Origin: Deferribacterales bacterium
GTDB lineage: Bacteria > Chrysiogenota > Deferribacteres > Deferribacterales > Geovibrionaceae
Assembly: GCA_050253075.1 (NCBI GenBank)
Contig: JBFWJS010000001.1
Location: 512,001-576,000 of the forward strand
Length of the DNA stretch: 64,000 nucleotides
Direction: 5' to 3'
The notes under the pieces were generated by a model. The model ran no database searches. It was not told where the DNA came from and was given only the letters and a program-made list of their open reading frames with translations. Both the position numbers and the translations under genes were made by a program. This document shows, piece by piece, positions 18,817-29,094 of the stretch (within the stretch, counting starts at the first letter, position 1; each line of letters begins with the position of its first letter).

Positions 18817-20796
18817 ATGCAGTACAGAAGAGATATAGACGGGCTGCGTGCCCTTGCGGTTTTGCCGGTACTTTTTTATCATGCGGGTATGTCCGCATTT
18901 TCGGGCGGGTACGTCGGCGTTGATATATTCTTCGTAATATCTGGATTCCTCATCACATCCGTCATCATCGAAGAGCTTAAGAATAATAAATTCACCATAA
19001 AGAACTTCTACGTGAGGCGGGTTAAGAGGATATTTCCTGCTCTGTTTCTTGTGCTTCTGGTCACGGCGGTGCTCTGCGTTTTCCTGCAGATGCCTTACGA
19101 CCTGAGGAAATTCGGGAAGAGCCTTTCGGCTGCGGTGCTGTTCGGCTCGAACATCTATTTCAAAGAACAGACGGGCTACTTCATGGATGCGGCAGAGTCT
19201 AAACCGCTTCTGCATACCTGGTCTCTTTCGGTAGAGGAACAGTTCTATATTTTCTATCCTATTATCCTGATAATAATAAGCAAATGGCTGGGCAAGCACT
19301 ACCGCAGATACATAGTGCTCCTTTTCCTTATATCTCTGACGGCTAGTATGCTGATGATAAACAGATACCCCGTAGATACGTTTTATCTGCTCCACCCGAG
19401 GGCTTGGGAACTGCTTTCAGGTGCTTTGATAGCACTCGGCCTTATGCCTGAGATAAGGCATAAACTGCTCGCCGAGGTGCTCGGCATTGTCGGCATTGTC
19501 ATGATAGCTTACAGCATAAATGCTTATGATCACGACACTGTTTTTCCTGCTTACGGCGCGCTTCTGCCGTGTGCAGGTGCATTTCTGCTGATATATACAG
19601 GCACGGCGCAGACTGTCGTGTCGAAGGTGCTTTCGGCAAGACCAATCGTTTATATCGGTCTGCTTTCTTACTCTTTATACCTTTGGCATTGGCCTCTCCT
19701 TTCGTTTTTTAACAGCTACAGACCGCTGATGGTGATAGACGACTCACAGGCTGCTTTGGTGCGCCTCAGCATTTTGCTTCTGTCGTTTGTGCTGTCGGTG
19801 CTGACATATAAATATATCGAGACCCCTTTCCGCAGGATGCGCCCCGAGAATACTAAGATATTCTTCCGCAAGACATTCGCCGTGATGGCCGTTGTATGCC
19901 TCCTTGGCGGGGTATTATACTGGGCGGACGGATTCCCCGGACGTATCCCTGAATCTGCCTATCGGATAGATAAGGGCGGAAAGGACGGCGACAATATGGG
20001 GAGCTGTAAAGACAGCGACATCAGTGCTTTCAAAGGTGTTGATTCGATTCATAGACTCGGCGTGGAAGGCGGCGAGGCAGAGTTCCTCCTTATGGGGGAT
20101 TCACATGCCGGTGCCATAGCCCCCGGGTTTGACAAATATGCCAGAGAGACAGGCAGGAGCGGACTGTTGATGTCCAGAGACGGACTCGTGCCTATACTTG
20201 GCTACGGACACCGCTTTAAAGACTGCTACAGCTATCTCATCGGCAGTACGATAGACATAGTGAATCAGAACCCCGCAGTGAAAAAGGTTATCCTTGCGGG
20301 CAGGTGGGTCACTCTCGTAGAAGGGAAGAAAGGCGCAACAACCTTCAGCATATATGATAAAGATCATAACTCTGTGGAGCAGAAAGACGCGGAGGACTTC
20401 TTCTATACTAATCTGAGAAAGACTGTGGAGTCGCTTCAGTCCCACGGTAAAGAGGTTTATATAGTTTACGGCGTGCCTGAGATAGACGTCAGCGTGCCTT
20501 ATATAATGTCTAAGGTGGAGTTCCTTAAGGTTTCCTTCGGCGTGGAGAATGTTGTGGATATGAGGCCGACGGTAGAGGGCTATAATGCACAGCAGAGTAA
20601 GGTTCATCAGGTGCTGGACAGACTTTCAGATGAGACAAGCGTTACACTGCTGCACCCGGAAGACGTTCTGAGGGACGGCGACAGGTATGAGCTGCTTTAC
20701 GACGGCTATTCCATATACAGAGACGACAACCACTTATCAAAGCACGGGGCAAAGTTTATTGTTCAGAGCCTCGGTCATCAGGTTTTTGGCGACTGA
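18817..20796 (+). CDS. OafA-like acyltransferase-3 / SGNH fusion (surface polysaccharide O-acetyltransferase)
   Basis: YRRDIDGLRA, GVDIFFVISGFLI, HTWSLSVEEQFY, GDSHA, DDNHL. Confidence 0.93.
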   Translation: MQYRRDIDGLRALAVLPVLFYHAGMSAFSGGYVGVDIFFVISGFLITSVIIEELKNNKFTIKNFYVRRVKRIFPALFLVLLVTAVLCVFLQMPYDLRKFGKSLSAAVLFGSNIYFKEQTGYFMDAAESKPLLHTWSLSVEEQFYIFYPIILIIISKWLGKHYRRYIVLLFLISLTASMLMINRYPVDTFYLLHPRAWELLSGALIALGLMPEIRHKLLAEVLGIVGIVMIAYSINAYDHDTVFPAYGALLPCAGAFLLIYTGTAQTVVSKVLSARPIVYIGLLSYSLYLWHWPLLSFFNSYRPLMVIDDSQAALVRLSILLLSFVLSVLTYKYIETPFRRMRPENTKIFFRKTFAVMAVVCLLGGVLYWADGFPGRIPESAYRIDKGGKDGDNMGSCKDSDISAFKGVDSIHRLGVEGGEAEFLLMGDSHAGAIAPGFDKYARETGRSGLLMSRDGLVPILGYGHRFKDCYSYLIGSTIDIVNQNPAVKKVILAGRWVTLVEGKKGATTFSIYDKDHNSVEQKDAEDFFYTNLRKTVESLQSHGKEVYIVYGVPEIDVSVPYIMSKVEFLKVSFGVENVVDMRPTVEGYNAQQSKVHQVLDRLSDETSVTLLHPEDVLRDGDRYELLYDGYSIYRDDNHLSKHGAKFIVQSLGHQVFGD

Positions 20797-22060
20797 GATA
20801 CGACCTTTCGATGTCGTATATGAGCACTGATTCGTTGCCGAACCATGCTGTCATTATCCAGTCGAAGAATACGCCTATCTGCTTTTTAAACATGCCGACC
20901 TTATAAAGGTACAGCATCTTCCATATGTAATAGGCGAATCGTCCCCTCAGCTTAAAGCCGAAGAGGTTCACAACGGAGTTGTTCTTACCCAGTGAGACCA
21001 GATATCCGAAGTGGAAATAACTGAATTCCTTCTTAGGTTTTCCTTCGATATCTCGCATGATGTTCATCACTGCCATTATCCCCTGCTGCATTGCTAGAGG
21101 TGCCACAGGCGGAAGGATGTGTTCGTTATGCTGATATGCACAGCTGTCGCCTATGATGAATATATTATCCCTGCCGAAGTCCTTCGGAGTCAGGTCGTGG
21201 TTTATAAAGACACGCTTGTCGCCTGACTGTGTGCCCGCCACAGAGTGCAGGTGGTCCTGCCCCATTACGCCCGCAGTCCAGACCGTGATGGAGGACTGGA
21301 GGCATTTTTCCTCGCCGTTCTCCTCATAGGTTATGCTGCATTCGCCTATCTCTTTCACGTTTGCGTTGTTTATGATGTGTATCCCGCTTTTGGAGACGAC
21401 ATCCTGCGCCTTTACGGCCTGAGATTCGTCTATGGATGGGAGTATCGTTTTATAATATTCCAGTATGTTTACGGAGAATTCGTCTTTGGATATGGAGTTG
21501 TATTCTTTCTTTATTTTTTCGGTGATGAAGTCGTTCATCTCGCAGGCGAGCTCGACACCCGTGATGCCCCCGCCGATAACGCTGAAAGAGAGCAGGGCTC
21601 GCTTTGCATCGGATGATGTCATACTGCTTGCCTTTTCCAGATAATCGATGATGAGGTATTTTATGTCTATGGCGTCTGTGATGTTTTTAAACTCAAAGGC
21701 GTTCTTCATGGCGGATTCGTTGCCTCTGTAGTTTGTCTTTGAGCCTGTCGCCATGATGAGATAGTCGTATTCCAGCTCGGTGTTTTTACAGATAACTTTG
21801 TTGCTTTCGGGGTTGATGTCTTTCACCTCGTCCCGCACGAACCGTACACGGTTTTTTACGCATATTTCACGTAAGGGGAGGACGATGTTATCAGGTTTGA
21901 CATTACCGCTGACCACCTCGGGCAGCATAGGTGTGAAGAGGGAAAAGTTATGCTTATCAACGAGTGTGACCTCTACTTTGCCCTTTTTGATCTGTTTGCG
22001 AATGTGTGCGATGGCAGACAGACCGCCGAAACCACCGCCTAAGATGACGACTTTTTTCAT
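20756..22060 (-). CDS. ndh: Type II NADH dehydrogenase family FAD oxidoreductase
   Basis: GGGFGG, FTPMLPEV, GGGITGVELA, WTAGV, IGD, AMQQG. Confidence 0.88.
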   Translation of the reverse strand: MKKVVILGGGFGGLSAIAHIRKQIKKGKVEVTLVDKHNFSLFTPMLPEVVSGNVKPDNIVLPLREICVKNRVRFVRDEVKDINPESNKVICKNTELEYDYLIMATGSKTNYRGNESAMKNAFEFKNITDAIDIKYLIIDYLEKASSMTSSDAKRALLSFSVIGGGITGVELACEMNDFITEKIKKEYNSISKDEFSVNILEYYKTILPSIDESQAVKAQDVVSKSGIHIINNANVKEIGECSITYEENGEEKCLQSSITVWTAGVMGQDHLHSVAGTQSGDKRVFINHDLTPKDFGRDNIFIIGDSCAYQHNEHILPPVAPLAMQQGIMAVMNIMRDIEGKPKKEFSYFHFGYLVSLGKNNSVVNLFGFKLRGRFAYYIWKMLYLYKVGMFKKQIGVFFDWIMTAWFGNESVLIYDIERSYLSRQKPDDRGSEQ

Positions 22061-22118
22061 ATTGTTACAACTCCCTGATTGAAATTATACCAATACTCTC
22101 TTTTAATCAAGAGTGCAA

Positions 22119-22943
22119 TTATACAACTACAAAAAATGGGTTAAGCAGGTCTTCTTTGTTATACCTCAGCTTTTCCGCATCCAGAGTAGTGTTGAAGCGG
22201 ATGTTGTCTGTGGGGAATGTTTCGAATTTATAAACGCCTTTGCCCGCTGCCTCGGCGACGCCTTGTGCTGCTGCCGTGTCCCACTCCATTGTGGGGGCTA
22301 TGCGGGGATATATATCGGCTGAACCTTCTGCGACCATGCACAGTTTGAGCGAGCTCCCTTTGGAAACTCTCTCTATCTCACAGTCAGGATACTGCTCTGC
22401 TATCGCATTGATGAAGTCTGTTGTCTCTTCATTCAGGTGAGAGCGTGATGCGACAACACGGATGATCTTGCTCTCGGCGGGGTTGTTTACGGCTAGGGGC
22501 ATCTGCTCGATCTTTCCGTCTGCTCTGCGGTATGCACCGAAGCCCTTCATGCCGTAATAGAGGATGTCTAGTGCGGGGGCATACACAACGCCCATGACGG
22601 GCTCGCCTTTTTCGATAAGTGCTATATTAACAGTGAACTCGCCGTTCTTTTTTATAAATTCCTTTGTGCCGTCTATCGGATCGACCAGCCAGAAGCACTC
22701 CCAGCCTTTTCGCTCTGCGTATTCCGCTTTTTTGGTCTCTTCGGAGAGGATAGGGTATTGCGTGCTGAGCTTTTTCAGCCCTGCGGTGATGATGTCGTTC
22801 GAATGTTTATCCGCATCGGTGAGCGGGGATTTGTCGTCTTTGTATTCGATGGAGAAATCCTTCTCGTATATCTCCATTATCTCTTCGCCCGCACGGACGG
22901 CAATCTCTATCACTTCATTCAGCAGGTCTTCGTAGTATCTCAT
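22119..22943 (-). CDS. cysQ: 3'(2'),5'-bisphosphate nucleotidase
   Basis: SPLTDAD, WLVDPIDGTKEF, GSSLKLC, TMEWDTAA. Confidence 0.95.
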   Translation of the reverse strand: MRYYEDLLNEVIEIAVRAGEEIMEIYEKDFSIEYKDDKSPLTDADKHSNDIITAGLKKLSTQYPILSEETKKAEYAERKGWECFWLVDPIDGTKEFIKKNGEFTVNIALIEKGEPVMGVVYAPALDILYYGMKGFGAYRRADGKIEQMPLAVNNPAESKIIRVVASRSHLNEETTDFINAIAEQYPDCEIERVSKGSSLKLCMVAEGSADIYPRIAPTMEWDTAAAQGVAEAAGKGVYKFETFPTDNIRFNTTLDAEKLRYNKEDLLNPFFVVV

Positions 22944-22945
22944 TA

Positions 22946-23869
22946 TCAGAAGTCGAAGCCTATTGTCGCACCAGTAAAAAATGTCTCAGCATCGTAAAAG
23001 TCGATGTTGCTTCGTCTGACGGATGCTCCGCCGAGGATCGTGCCGTGTGTCTTCGGTGTGAAATTATGCCTGTACATGAGGAAAGCTGCTGCGCCTTTGT
23101 CTCTTCGTGTTTTGTCAAAGACAGCGTCTTCATCGTCGAACCCTTCTGCGTATACATTTATCACAGGCATTATAAATCCGCGGGATGTCGCCTGCATGTA
23201 TTTTGCGCCGAGTCCGATGGCGTTCGAGCTGAATGCATCGCCGAGCCTCTGCTCTCTTTTATATTCTATGAATGGGGTTATCTTGTTTCTGTTTCCGAGT
23301 GGCTGGTTATACTCGCCTTTTATGCTGTATGTTGCTCCGTCACGCCTCATGTCGGAGAACCGGTCGCCTATCTCGTCGTCTTTTATATTGTGGCTCATCA
23401 CCTTTGCTTCAAAGCCGAACTGAGTGCCGGAGATGTTCTCCATCTTCAGCCTGAGCCCTACAGACTCTCTTTTGGTGGTGTCTCTGCTGGATTCGTAGGG
23501 GTCTTTCCACTCTTCGCCGAAAATGTCGAATATCACGGAAAGGTCCGTTGTGGATCTGCCGTTTTCATATGTGATGCCCGCCATGAGCTGCGGCTCGGCC
23601 TGTTCCAGAGGCATTCCTGCGTGGAATATCTTGTCGCCCTTTTTATACTGCAGATTGAACAGGGCTATTATATGCCCCTGTGAGAAACTGTCGGGATTGT
23701 CCGATAGCGTGTCGATATCTTCGTTATTGTCGGATGTCATTGTAGCATCCGTGGAGCTTATGCCTAAAATACCTAAATCAAAGTATCCGCTGAAGCCATC
23801 TTTCTGTGCGGGTGCAGAGAAAGCCGTTGCCGCACAAAGCAGCAGAATAAATGTGGTCAATTTTTTCAA
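22946..23869 (-). CDS. Outer-membrane beta-barrel protein (DUF2860-like)
   Basis: Signal peptide, amphipathic strands, WKDPY and SNIDFYD motifs, C-terminal Phe. Confidence 0.7.
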   Translation of the reverse strand: MKKLTTFILLLCAATAFSAPAQKDGFSGYFDLGILGISSTDATMTSDNNEDIDTLSDNPDSFSQGHIIALFNLQYKKGDKIFHAGMPLEQAEPQLMAGITYENGRSTTDLSVIFDIFGEEWKDPYESSRDTTKRESVGLRLKMENISGTQFGFEAKVMSHNIKDDEIGDRFSDMRRDGATYSIKGEYNQPLGNRNKITPFIEYKREQRLGDAFSSNAIGLGAKYMQATSRGFIMPVINVYAEGFDDEDAVFDKTRRDKGAAAFLMYRHNFTPKTHGTILGGASVRRSNIDFYDAETFFTGATIGFDF

Positions 23870-25167
23870 AACTCGTCCTCCAGGTCAAATTCCTTAAGTT
23901 TGTTATGCAGTGTCCTTCGTGATATCTGAAGAACTTCTGCGGCTTTGGTCTTATTTCCGCCGGTCTTTTTCAGAGCTTTGACTATGAGGTCTCTCTCATT
24001 ATCCCTGATGCTGAGTCCGCCGTCCTTCCCTCCGCCGAATGTCGGCAGGGTGGCAGGCTCGAGCTTTGTTCCGGTGGTAAGGATAATACTTCGCTCGACA
24101 ACATTTTCAAGCTCGCGAATATTTCCGGGGAAGCCGTATTCAGAAAGTTTCTTTATATACGAAGGGTCTGCGGACTTTATGAGTTTTCCGAGTTTTTCTG
24201 CGTGCTTTTCTATGAAGAATTTTACAAGGGGTGCTATCTCCTCTTTGCGCTCTCTCAGCGGAGGAACTTCCACGGGGAAAACAGCAAGGCGGAAATAGAG
24301 ATCCTCTCTGAAATCAGCAGATTCGGAAAGTTTCTTAAGATTACGGTTTGTGGCTGCTATTATGCGTACGTTTGTGCGGATGGTCTTTGTGTCGCCCACT
24401 CTTTCGAATGCGCCCTCCTGCAGGACTCTCAGCAGCTTCGCCTGTACATTCAGCGAAAGCTCGCCTATCTCGTCGAGGAAGAGCGTGCCTCCGTCTGCGG
24501 ATTCGAACAGCCCTTTCTTATCCTTTATGGCGGTGGTGAAAGCGCCCTTTACATGTCCGAAGAGTTCGCTCTCTATTATATTCTCTGACAGTGCCGCACA
24601 GTTTATCGCCAGATACGGTCTGTCCTTTCTTTTTGAATTGTCGTGTACGGAGCGTGCGACGAGTTCCTTACCCGTGCCCGATTCGCCCAGTATCAGAACA
24701 GTTGCGTCTGTGGGAGCCACCAGCTTCAGCTGTTCGATGACAGAGCCGAGCCCCTCTTTGGTGTATACTCCGCCGAAGGTGTATTCCTCTGCGGGTGCGT
24801 ACTGCTCCTGTATGTGCTCGCTTATCCTGCCCAGAGCATCCATCAGCTGAGGTATGTCCACTGGCTTTGTGAGGTAATCCACAGCGCCTAGTTTCATGGA
24901 TTCCACGGCTGTCTTCACCGTTGAAAATGCCGTGATGACTATCACGGGGGTGGACAGCCCCTGTCTGTTCATCATGCCGAGGAAAGTCAGCCCGTCCATT
25001 ACATCCATTTTCATATCCAGAAGGATAGCGTCAAAGTTTTCTTTGCCGAGGGCTTCCAGTGCTTTCATGCCGTTCTCTGCCTGTGCAGTCTGGTGACCCG
25101 CATCTTCCAGATGGAGCTTCAGCATCAGTCTGTGATTTTTTTCGTCGTCTACTATCAGTATTTTCAT
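23866..25167 (-). CDS. sigma54-dependent response regulator (NtrC/ZraR family)
   Basis: Receiver domain, [32 protein letters not shown], Fis-type HTH. Confidence 0.95.
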   Translation of the reverse strand: MKILIVDDEKNHRLMLKLHLEDAGHQTAQAENGMKALEALGKENFDAILLDMKMDVMDGLTFLGMMNRQGLSTPVIVITAFSTVKTAVESMKLGAVDYLTKPVDIPQLMDALGRISEHIQEQYAPAEEYTFGGVYTKEGLGSVIEQLKLVAPTDATVLILGESGTGKELVARSVHDNSKRKDRPYLAINCAALSENIIESELFGHVKGAFTTAIKDKKGLFESADGGTLFLDEIGELSLNVQAKLLRVLQEGAFERVGDTKTIRTNVRIIAATNRNLKKLSESADFREDLYFRLAVFPVEVPPLRERKEEIAPLVKFFIEKHAEKLGKLIKSADPSYIKKLSEYGFPGNIRELENVVERSIILTTGTKLEPATLPTFGGGKDGGLSIRDNERDLIVKALKKTGGNKTKAAEVLQISRRTLHNKLKEFDLEDEF

Positions 25168-26426
25168 TTATACGCTATCTCTACTCTGAATTTGTCTTCG
25201 GCGTTTATCCTGCATCGGAAACCGTGGAGCTGCACTATGCGCTTCACTATGGCGAGCCCGAGCCCCGTACCCACTGTCTTTGTGGTGTAGAACGGCTTGC
25301 CGAGGTCTTCTTTGGTGAAGTTTTTGTCGGCGATGATGTTCTCTATCACCAGCTCTTTGTCGGATATGCCGATGTCTATGATGCTCCCTTCGGGTGCGCC
25401 CTGTACAGCGTTTAGGAGCAGGTTGAAAACGACCTGACGCATCTTTTCGCTGTCGGCGTCTATCACGGCAGAGCCTTTTATATCTATTATTATATCCTTT
25501 TGCTGTGCATCTATCTGCAAAAGCTTCGCAGTGTTGCCCGCTATTTCAGACAGGTCAGCTTTGGAAATGTTCAGTGTCATGTCTTTGCCGTATGCGAGAT
25601 AGTCGTTTATTATCCTGTCCAGACGGGAGAGTTCCTCTACACAGCTTACGGAGATGTCTTTCAGGTCGCCTTCGGATTTCTTAGCGGAGAACTCCATTAG
25701 CCCCTTCACCGTGCTGAGCGGATTTTTCAGCTCGTGCGCCATCACACGGGACATCTTGCCCAGCTCCGCTTCACGTTCGGATGCTTCCAGCCTGCTCGTC
25801 TGCTCCGTGTGCAGTTTCAGGATGCGTGCGGTATAGACATATATGGCTATCAGCAGAGCTTCCATCACAAACATGAAGAACATGAAGGTCGCTTCCGCAT
25901 TTATAAGCCTCTGATGCCCCTTCATGTCGAGCATAACGCCCGCCGTGAGTACTCTGTCGTCTTCGGGGAGCGGGAGGCGTCTGTTTCGCCCCTGTCCCAT
26001 CATCATGCCTTCCATCATGGGTGCGCCGCCGCCTTTCAGTGTGTGATACATAAAGAGCCCTGCGTCTGTCTCGATAACTCCCATCGGGGATTTCTGCGGG
26101 TCTATTGCGGGGGCTGTTACCTCTCTGGTGTTGAAGAGAATGTTGCCGTCCTGATCGAAAAGGTAAAGGCTGAGCACGCCCGTCTCGGCTCCGATGGTTT
26201 CTATGAAAGACCTGAACCTCTGCGCCGTGGCAGGGTTAAGCAGCAGATGCGCCCTGCGCCCGCCTTCGAAAGATGAAAGGGCGGTCTGCCCCACCAGCAT
26301 CAGGCTCTTTTTGGAGCGTTCGATGGTCTGAACGCTGCTGAGCCCCTGTAATATTATAATGGCGAGGTTGAGCACCACTGCGATTATCAGTATCTGTTTA
26401 AGTCTGTGTGCGAATTTATTTTCCAT
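25164..26426 (-). CDS. Sensor histidine kinase (ZraS-like)
   Basis: Two TMs, Met/Gly-rich periplasmic loop, [20 protein letters not shown]. Start could be 26444. Confidence 0.9.
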   Translation of the reverse strand: MENKFAHRLKQILIIAVVLNLAIIILQGLSSVQTIERSKKSLMLVGQTALSSFEGGRRAHLLLNPATAQRFRSFIETIGAETGVLSLYLFDQDGNILFNTREVTAPAIDPQKSPMGVIETDAGLFMYHTLKGGGAPMMEGMMMGQGRNRRLPLPEDDRVLTAGVMLDMKGHQRLINAEATFMFFMFVMEALLIAIYVYTARILKLHTEQTSRLEASEREAELGKMSRVMAHELKNPLSTVKGLMEFSAKKSEGDLKDISVSCVEELSRLDRIINDYLAYGKDMTLNISKADLSEIAGNTAKLLQIDAQQKDIIIDIKGSAVIDADSEKMRQVVFNLLLNAVQGAPEGSIIDIGISDKELVIENIIADKNFTKEDLGKPFYTTKTVGTGLGLAIVKRIVQLHGFRCRINAEDKFRVEIAYK

Positions 26427-26511
26427 ATGATCATAATATATCATTTGTTTGATGTTTACATTGGCAATTTTTGCAAAGAATTGTGCATATTTTACACAGT
26501 TTTAGTGGAAA

Positions 26512-26539
26512 CGGAGCAGCCGTGGTGATGACTGCTCCG
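26512..26539 (-). terminator. Hairpin downstream of nitroreductase
   Basis: CGGAGCAG...CTGCTCCG stem 16 nt after the stop codon, with a short T run. Confidence 0.5.
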
Positions 26540-26555
26540 CATGAGGTTATAGAAA

Positions 26556-27383
26556 CTACGAAAGTGCCACACGGTTAATGCGGCTTGGCTTCCGTTGGGG
26601 GATTCGGTGGTGTACAGTCGCAGGGTAGCCGAATGTCATCACTGCGCCTATTGTGTGATCCTCGGGTATACCCAGATCGCACTTCATCTCGGGTGCGAGG
26701 TGCTCTATGAGGAACTTTACGATGTGGTTCCAGCATACGCCGACGCCGTGGGTGTTTGCGGCGATGTCAAAGAATGTCGCAGCGATAATGCCGTCGTGGT
26801 CGGGTGTTATTGCGCTCTTCGGATTTGAAGATACAAACATGTGGGGCGCATTGCGGAAGAATATATTCACTCCGCCCTCTATCCACATGGTGATATAGTC
26901 AAAGAGGTATGCAGGCAGGTCATAGTCCGCTCTGTTATCAAGAACCTCTTTCAGCTTTGCTTTTGCCTTTGTTTTAAACTTTTCCATGTCGGTGCTGTTG
27001 TCTATCACGGTGAATGTGACGCTCATCTCATTCTTTCCTGTGGGGGCATAGGCTGTCACGTCCAGTATCCTGCTCAATGTTTCGGTATCGACGTCTCTTT
27101 CTTTGAAATTCCTGCATGAACGTCTTGATTTAAGCAGCAGGTCGATATTGTCCACATCCGGGGAAAAGTGCTTAAGGGAAATGCTGTTTTCGGGATTTGC
27201 TCCGTTGAGCGTGATTGCCGATGTCGGGCATACTGCCATGCAGTGCTGACATTCGACGCAAGCGGGCTCTTTCTCTGCAGCCATGAAAGGCTTGCCGTCC
27301 TCCATGGATAAAAGCAGGAACGGGCAGGTATTTACGCACTTCCCGCAGGAAATGCAGGCGGAATCCTTCAGATCAAAAAACAT
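26556..27383 (-). CDS. Nitroreductase with N-terminal 2x[4Fe-4S] ferredoxin domain
   Basis: CISCGKCVNTCP and CVECQHCMAVCP, RRSCRNF, APTGKN. ATG 27383 follows RBS GGAGG. Confidence 0.92.
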   Translation of the reverse strand: MFFDLKDSACISCGKCVNTCPFLLLSMEDGKPFMAAEKEPACVECQHCMAVCPTSAITLNGANPENSISLKHFSPDVDNIDLLLKSRRSCRNFKERDVDTETLSRILDVTAYAPTGKNEMSVTFTVIDNSTDMEKFKTKAKAKLKEVLDNRADYDLPAYLFDYITMWIEGGVNIFFRNAPHMFVSSNPKSAITPDHDGIIAATFFDIAANTHGVGVCWNHIVKFLIEHLAPEMKCDLGIPEDHTIGAVMTFGYPATVHHRIPQRKPSRINRVALS

Positions 27384-27401
27384 TCTAACCTCCATTAGTA
27401 G

Positions 27402-27417
27402 ATGACCAGTTGGTCAA
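27402..27417. promoter_or_regulatory. NemR-like TetR operator upstream of nitroreductase
   Basis: ATGACCAGTTGGTCAA palindrome; similar to 28046-28061. Confidence 0.7.
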
Positions 27418-27437
27418 GTAAATGCTGAAAAAATATA

Positions 27438-28031
27438 TTACTTGGCGCCGATAAGGCGGAAAGCTCCTTTATAGATATCTTTCAAAACTTCGGGGTCGTT
27501 ATATATGCGGGCATAGGTGAGTGCGCCGCCCATAAGGCTGTACAGCCACTCTGCGATAAGGACAGGGTCGCCGTTTTCTATACTGCCGTCCTCCATCGCT
27601 TCTTTCAGGGTGCTGCGGAGGAGCTCTTTCATCTCGTTTATGATGGATGTTATCCTGTCGGATATATCCTTTTCCATCGATGCAGACTCGGCTCCCAGAT
27701 CAAAATACGGGCATCCGCTGGCAAAGCCTGTCTTCTCTTTCAGTGCTTTCTGGTGCTGGTATCCCATGTCCAGATAGTCCTTTATGCGCTCCAGAGGCGG
27801 TTTAGAGGAGGAGAAAGTGTTGCAGGTGTGCATACTTTCATTCTTCCAGTGAAATTCTATGGCATCGGCTGCGAGCTCGTTCTTCGATTTGAAAAAGTGG
27901 TAGAAACTTCCCTTCTTAACGCCTGCTTCCGCACAGATATTATCAACACTGACAGAGTAATAACTGCGTTCCCAGAATAGCTTTAAGGCTGCATCAAGTA
28001 GTTTCTGTTTGGCATCGCTGCATCTTCCCAT
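27438..28031 (-). CDS. TetR family regulator (NemR-like)
   Basis: MGRCSDAKQKLLDAA..LFW, AGVKKGSFYHFFKSK, GCP motif. Start re-called at ATG 28031. Confidence 0.92.
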   Translation of the reverse strand: MGRCSDAKQKLLDAALKLFWERSYYSVSVDNICAEAGVKKGSFYHFFKSKNELAADAIEFHWKNESMHTCNTFSSSKPPLERIKDYLDMGYQHQKALKEKTGFASGCPYFDLGAESASMEKDISDRITSIINEMKELLRSTLKEAMEDGSIENGDPVLIAEWLYSLMGGALTYARIYNDPEVLKDIYKGAFRLIGAK

Positions 28032-28038
28032 AAAACGG

Positions 28039-28067
28039 AATATACTTGACTGATCGGTCAAATGCAA
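28039..28067 (-). promoter_or_regulatory. sigma70 promoter of tetR with operator in the spacer
   Basis: TTGCAT-N17-TATATT ending 7 nt before the ATG; the spacer holds TTGACCGATCAGTCAA. Confidence 0.7.
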
Positions 28068-28170
28068 GGTCTTTTTGTAAAGTCCCATTTAACGGGCTTT
28101 CCGATAATCGTTGTGTTGAGTTAGATTTTATATTAATAATATAGCTCAATGATTTTGATGGAGTTTTAAG

Positions 28171-29094
28171 ATGAAGGTAGTATTTATGGGAACGCCTGAA
28201 ATGGCGGTGCCTACCCTGAAAGAACTTTTGGATAATAATATAGAAGTGCCTCTGGTGATAACCCAGACAGACAAGCCGAAAGGCAGAGGCAAGCAGATGC
28301 AGGCTCCCCCTGTGAAGGAATATGCTATCGAGCAGGGGATAGAGGTGTATCAGCCCCAGAGCCTGAGAAATAATGCAGAAGCACTGGAAAAGATAAAGAG
28401 TGTCGAGCCTGACTTCCTCGTTGTTGTCGCATATGGGAAGATTCTCCCGCAGGAAGTTCTGGACAGCCCGAAGTATGCCCCTGTTAATGTACACTTCAGC
28501 CTGCTGCCTAAATATCGCGGTGCAGCCCCTGTGAACTGGGCAGTTATAAACGGCGAGAAAGAGACAGGCGTCGCAACGATGCTTATGGATGCGGGGCTGG
28601 ATACGGGAGACATACTCCTTGTAGAGGCTACGCCGATAGGCAAAAAGACAGCCCTCGACATAGCCGAGGAGCTCTCTGTGACAGGTGCGAAGCTCCTCAT
28701 CAAAACACTGAAAGAATTTGAAAGCATTACTCCCGTAAAGCAGAACGAAGCAGAGATGACATACGCCCCCCTTATGAAGAAGGATGACGGATGTGTCGAC
28801 TGGTCGAAATCTGCCGAAGAGATAGAGTGCATGATACGCGGATTCCAGCCGTGGCCCGCTGTTTACAGCACATTAAACGGTAAAACCGTAAAACTTTTTT
28901 CCGCCGAAATTGTCAAAGCTCCGGAGGGGCTCGCAAACGGTGAGGTTTATGACGTTACTAAAAAGAGCTTTTCTATAAAGTGCGGCGTGGGCGGACTCCA
29001 GATACTGGAGCTTCAGCCCGAAGGGAAGAAGAGAATGCCAGTGGGCAGCTTCCTCGCAGGCGCACAGCTTAAAGGCGGCGAAAAGTTTGAATAA
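28171..29094 (+). CDS. fmt: Methionyl-tRNA formyltransferase
   Basis: FMGTPE, VVAYGKIL, NVHFSLLPKYRGAAP. Confidence 0.97.
   Translation: MKVVFMGTPEMAVPTLKELLDNNIEVPLVITQTDKPKGRGKQMQAPPVKEYAIEQGIEVYQPQSLRNNAEALEKIKSVEPDFLVVVAYGKILPQEVLDSPKYAPVNVHFSLLPKYRGAAPVNWAVINGEKETGVATMLMDAGLDTGDILLVEATPIGKKTALDIAEELSVTGAKLLIKTLKEFESITPVKQNEAEMTYAPLMKKDDGCVDWSKSAEEIECMIRGFQPWPAVYSTLNGKTVKLFSAEIVKAPEGLANGEVYDVTKKSFSIKCGVGGLQILELQPEGKKRMPVGSFLAGAQLKGGEKFE

Noticed and set aside
26461..26475. Functional sigma54 promoter
   Set aside because: GG-GC spacing is 8 rather than 10 nt and there is no downstream plus-strand gene.
28032..28088. N-terminal extension of the TetR
   Set aside because: It covers the promoter and operator; TetR similarity begins at MGR.
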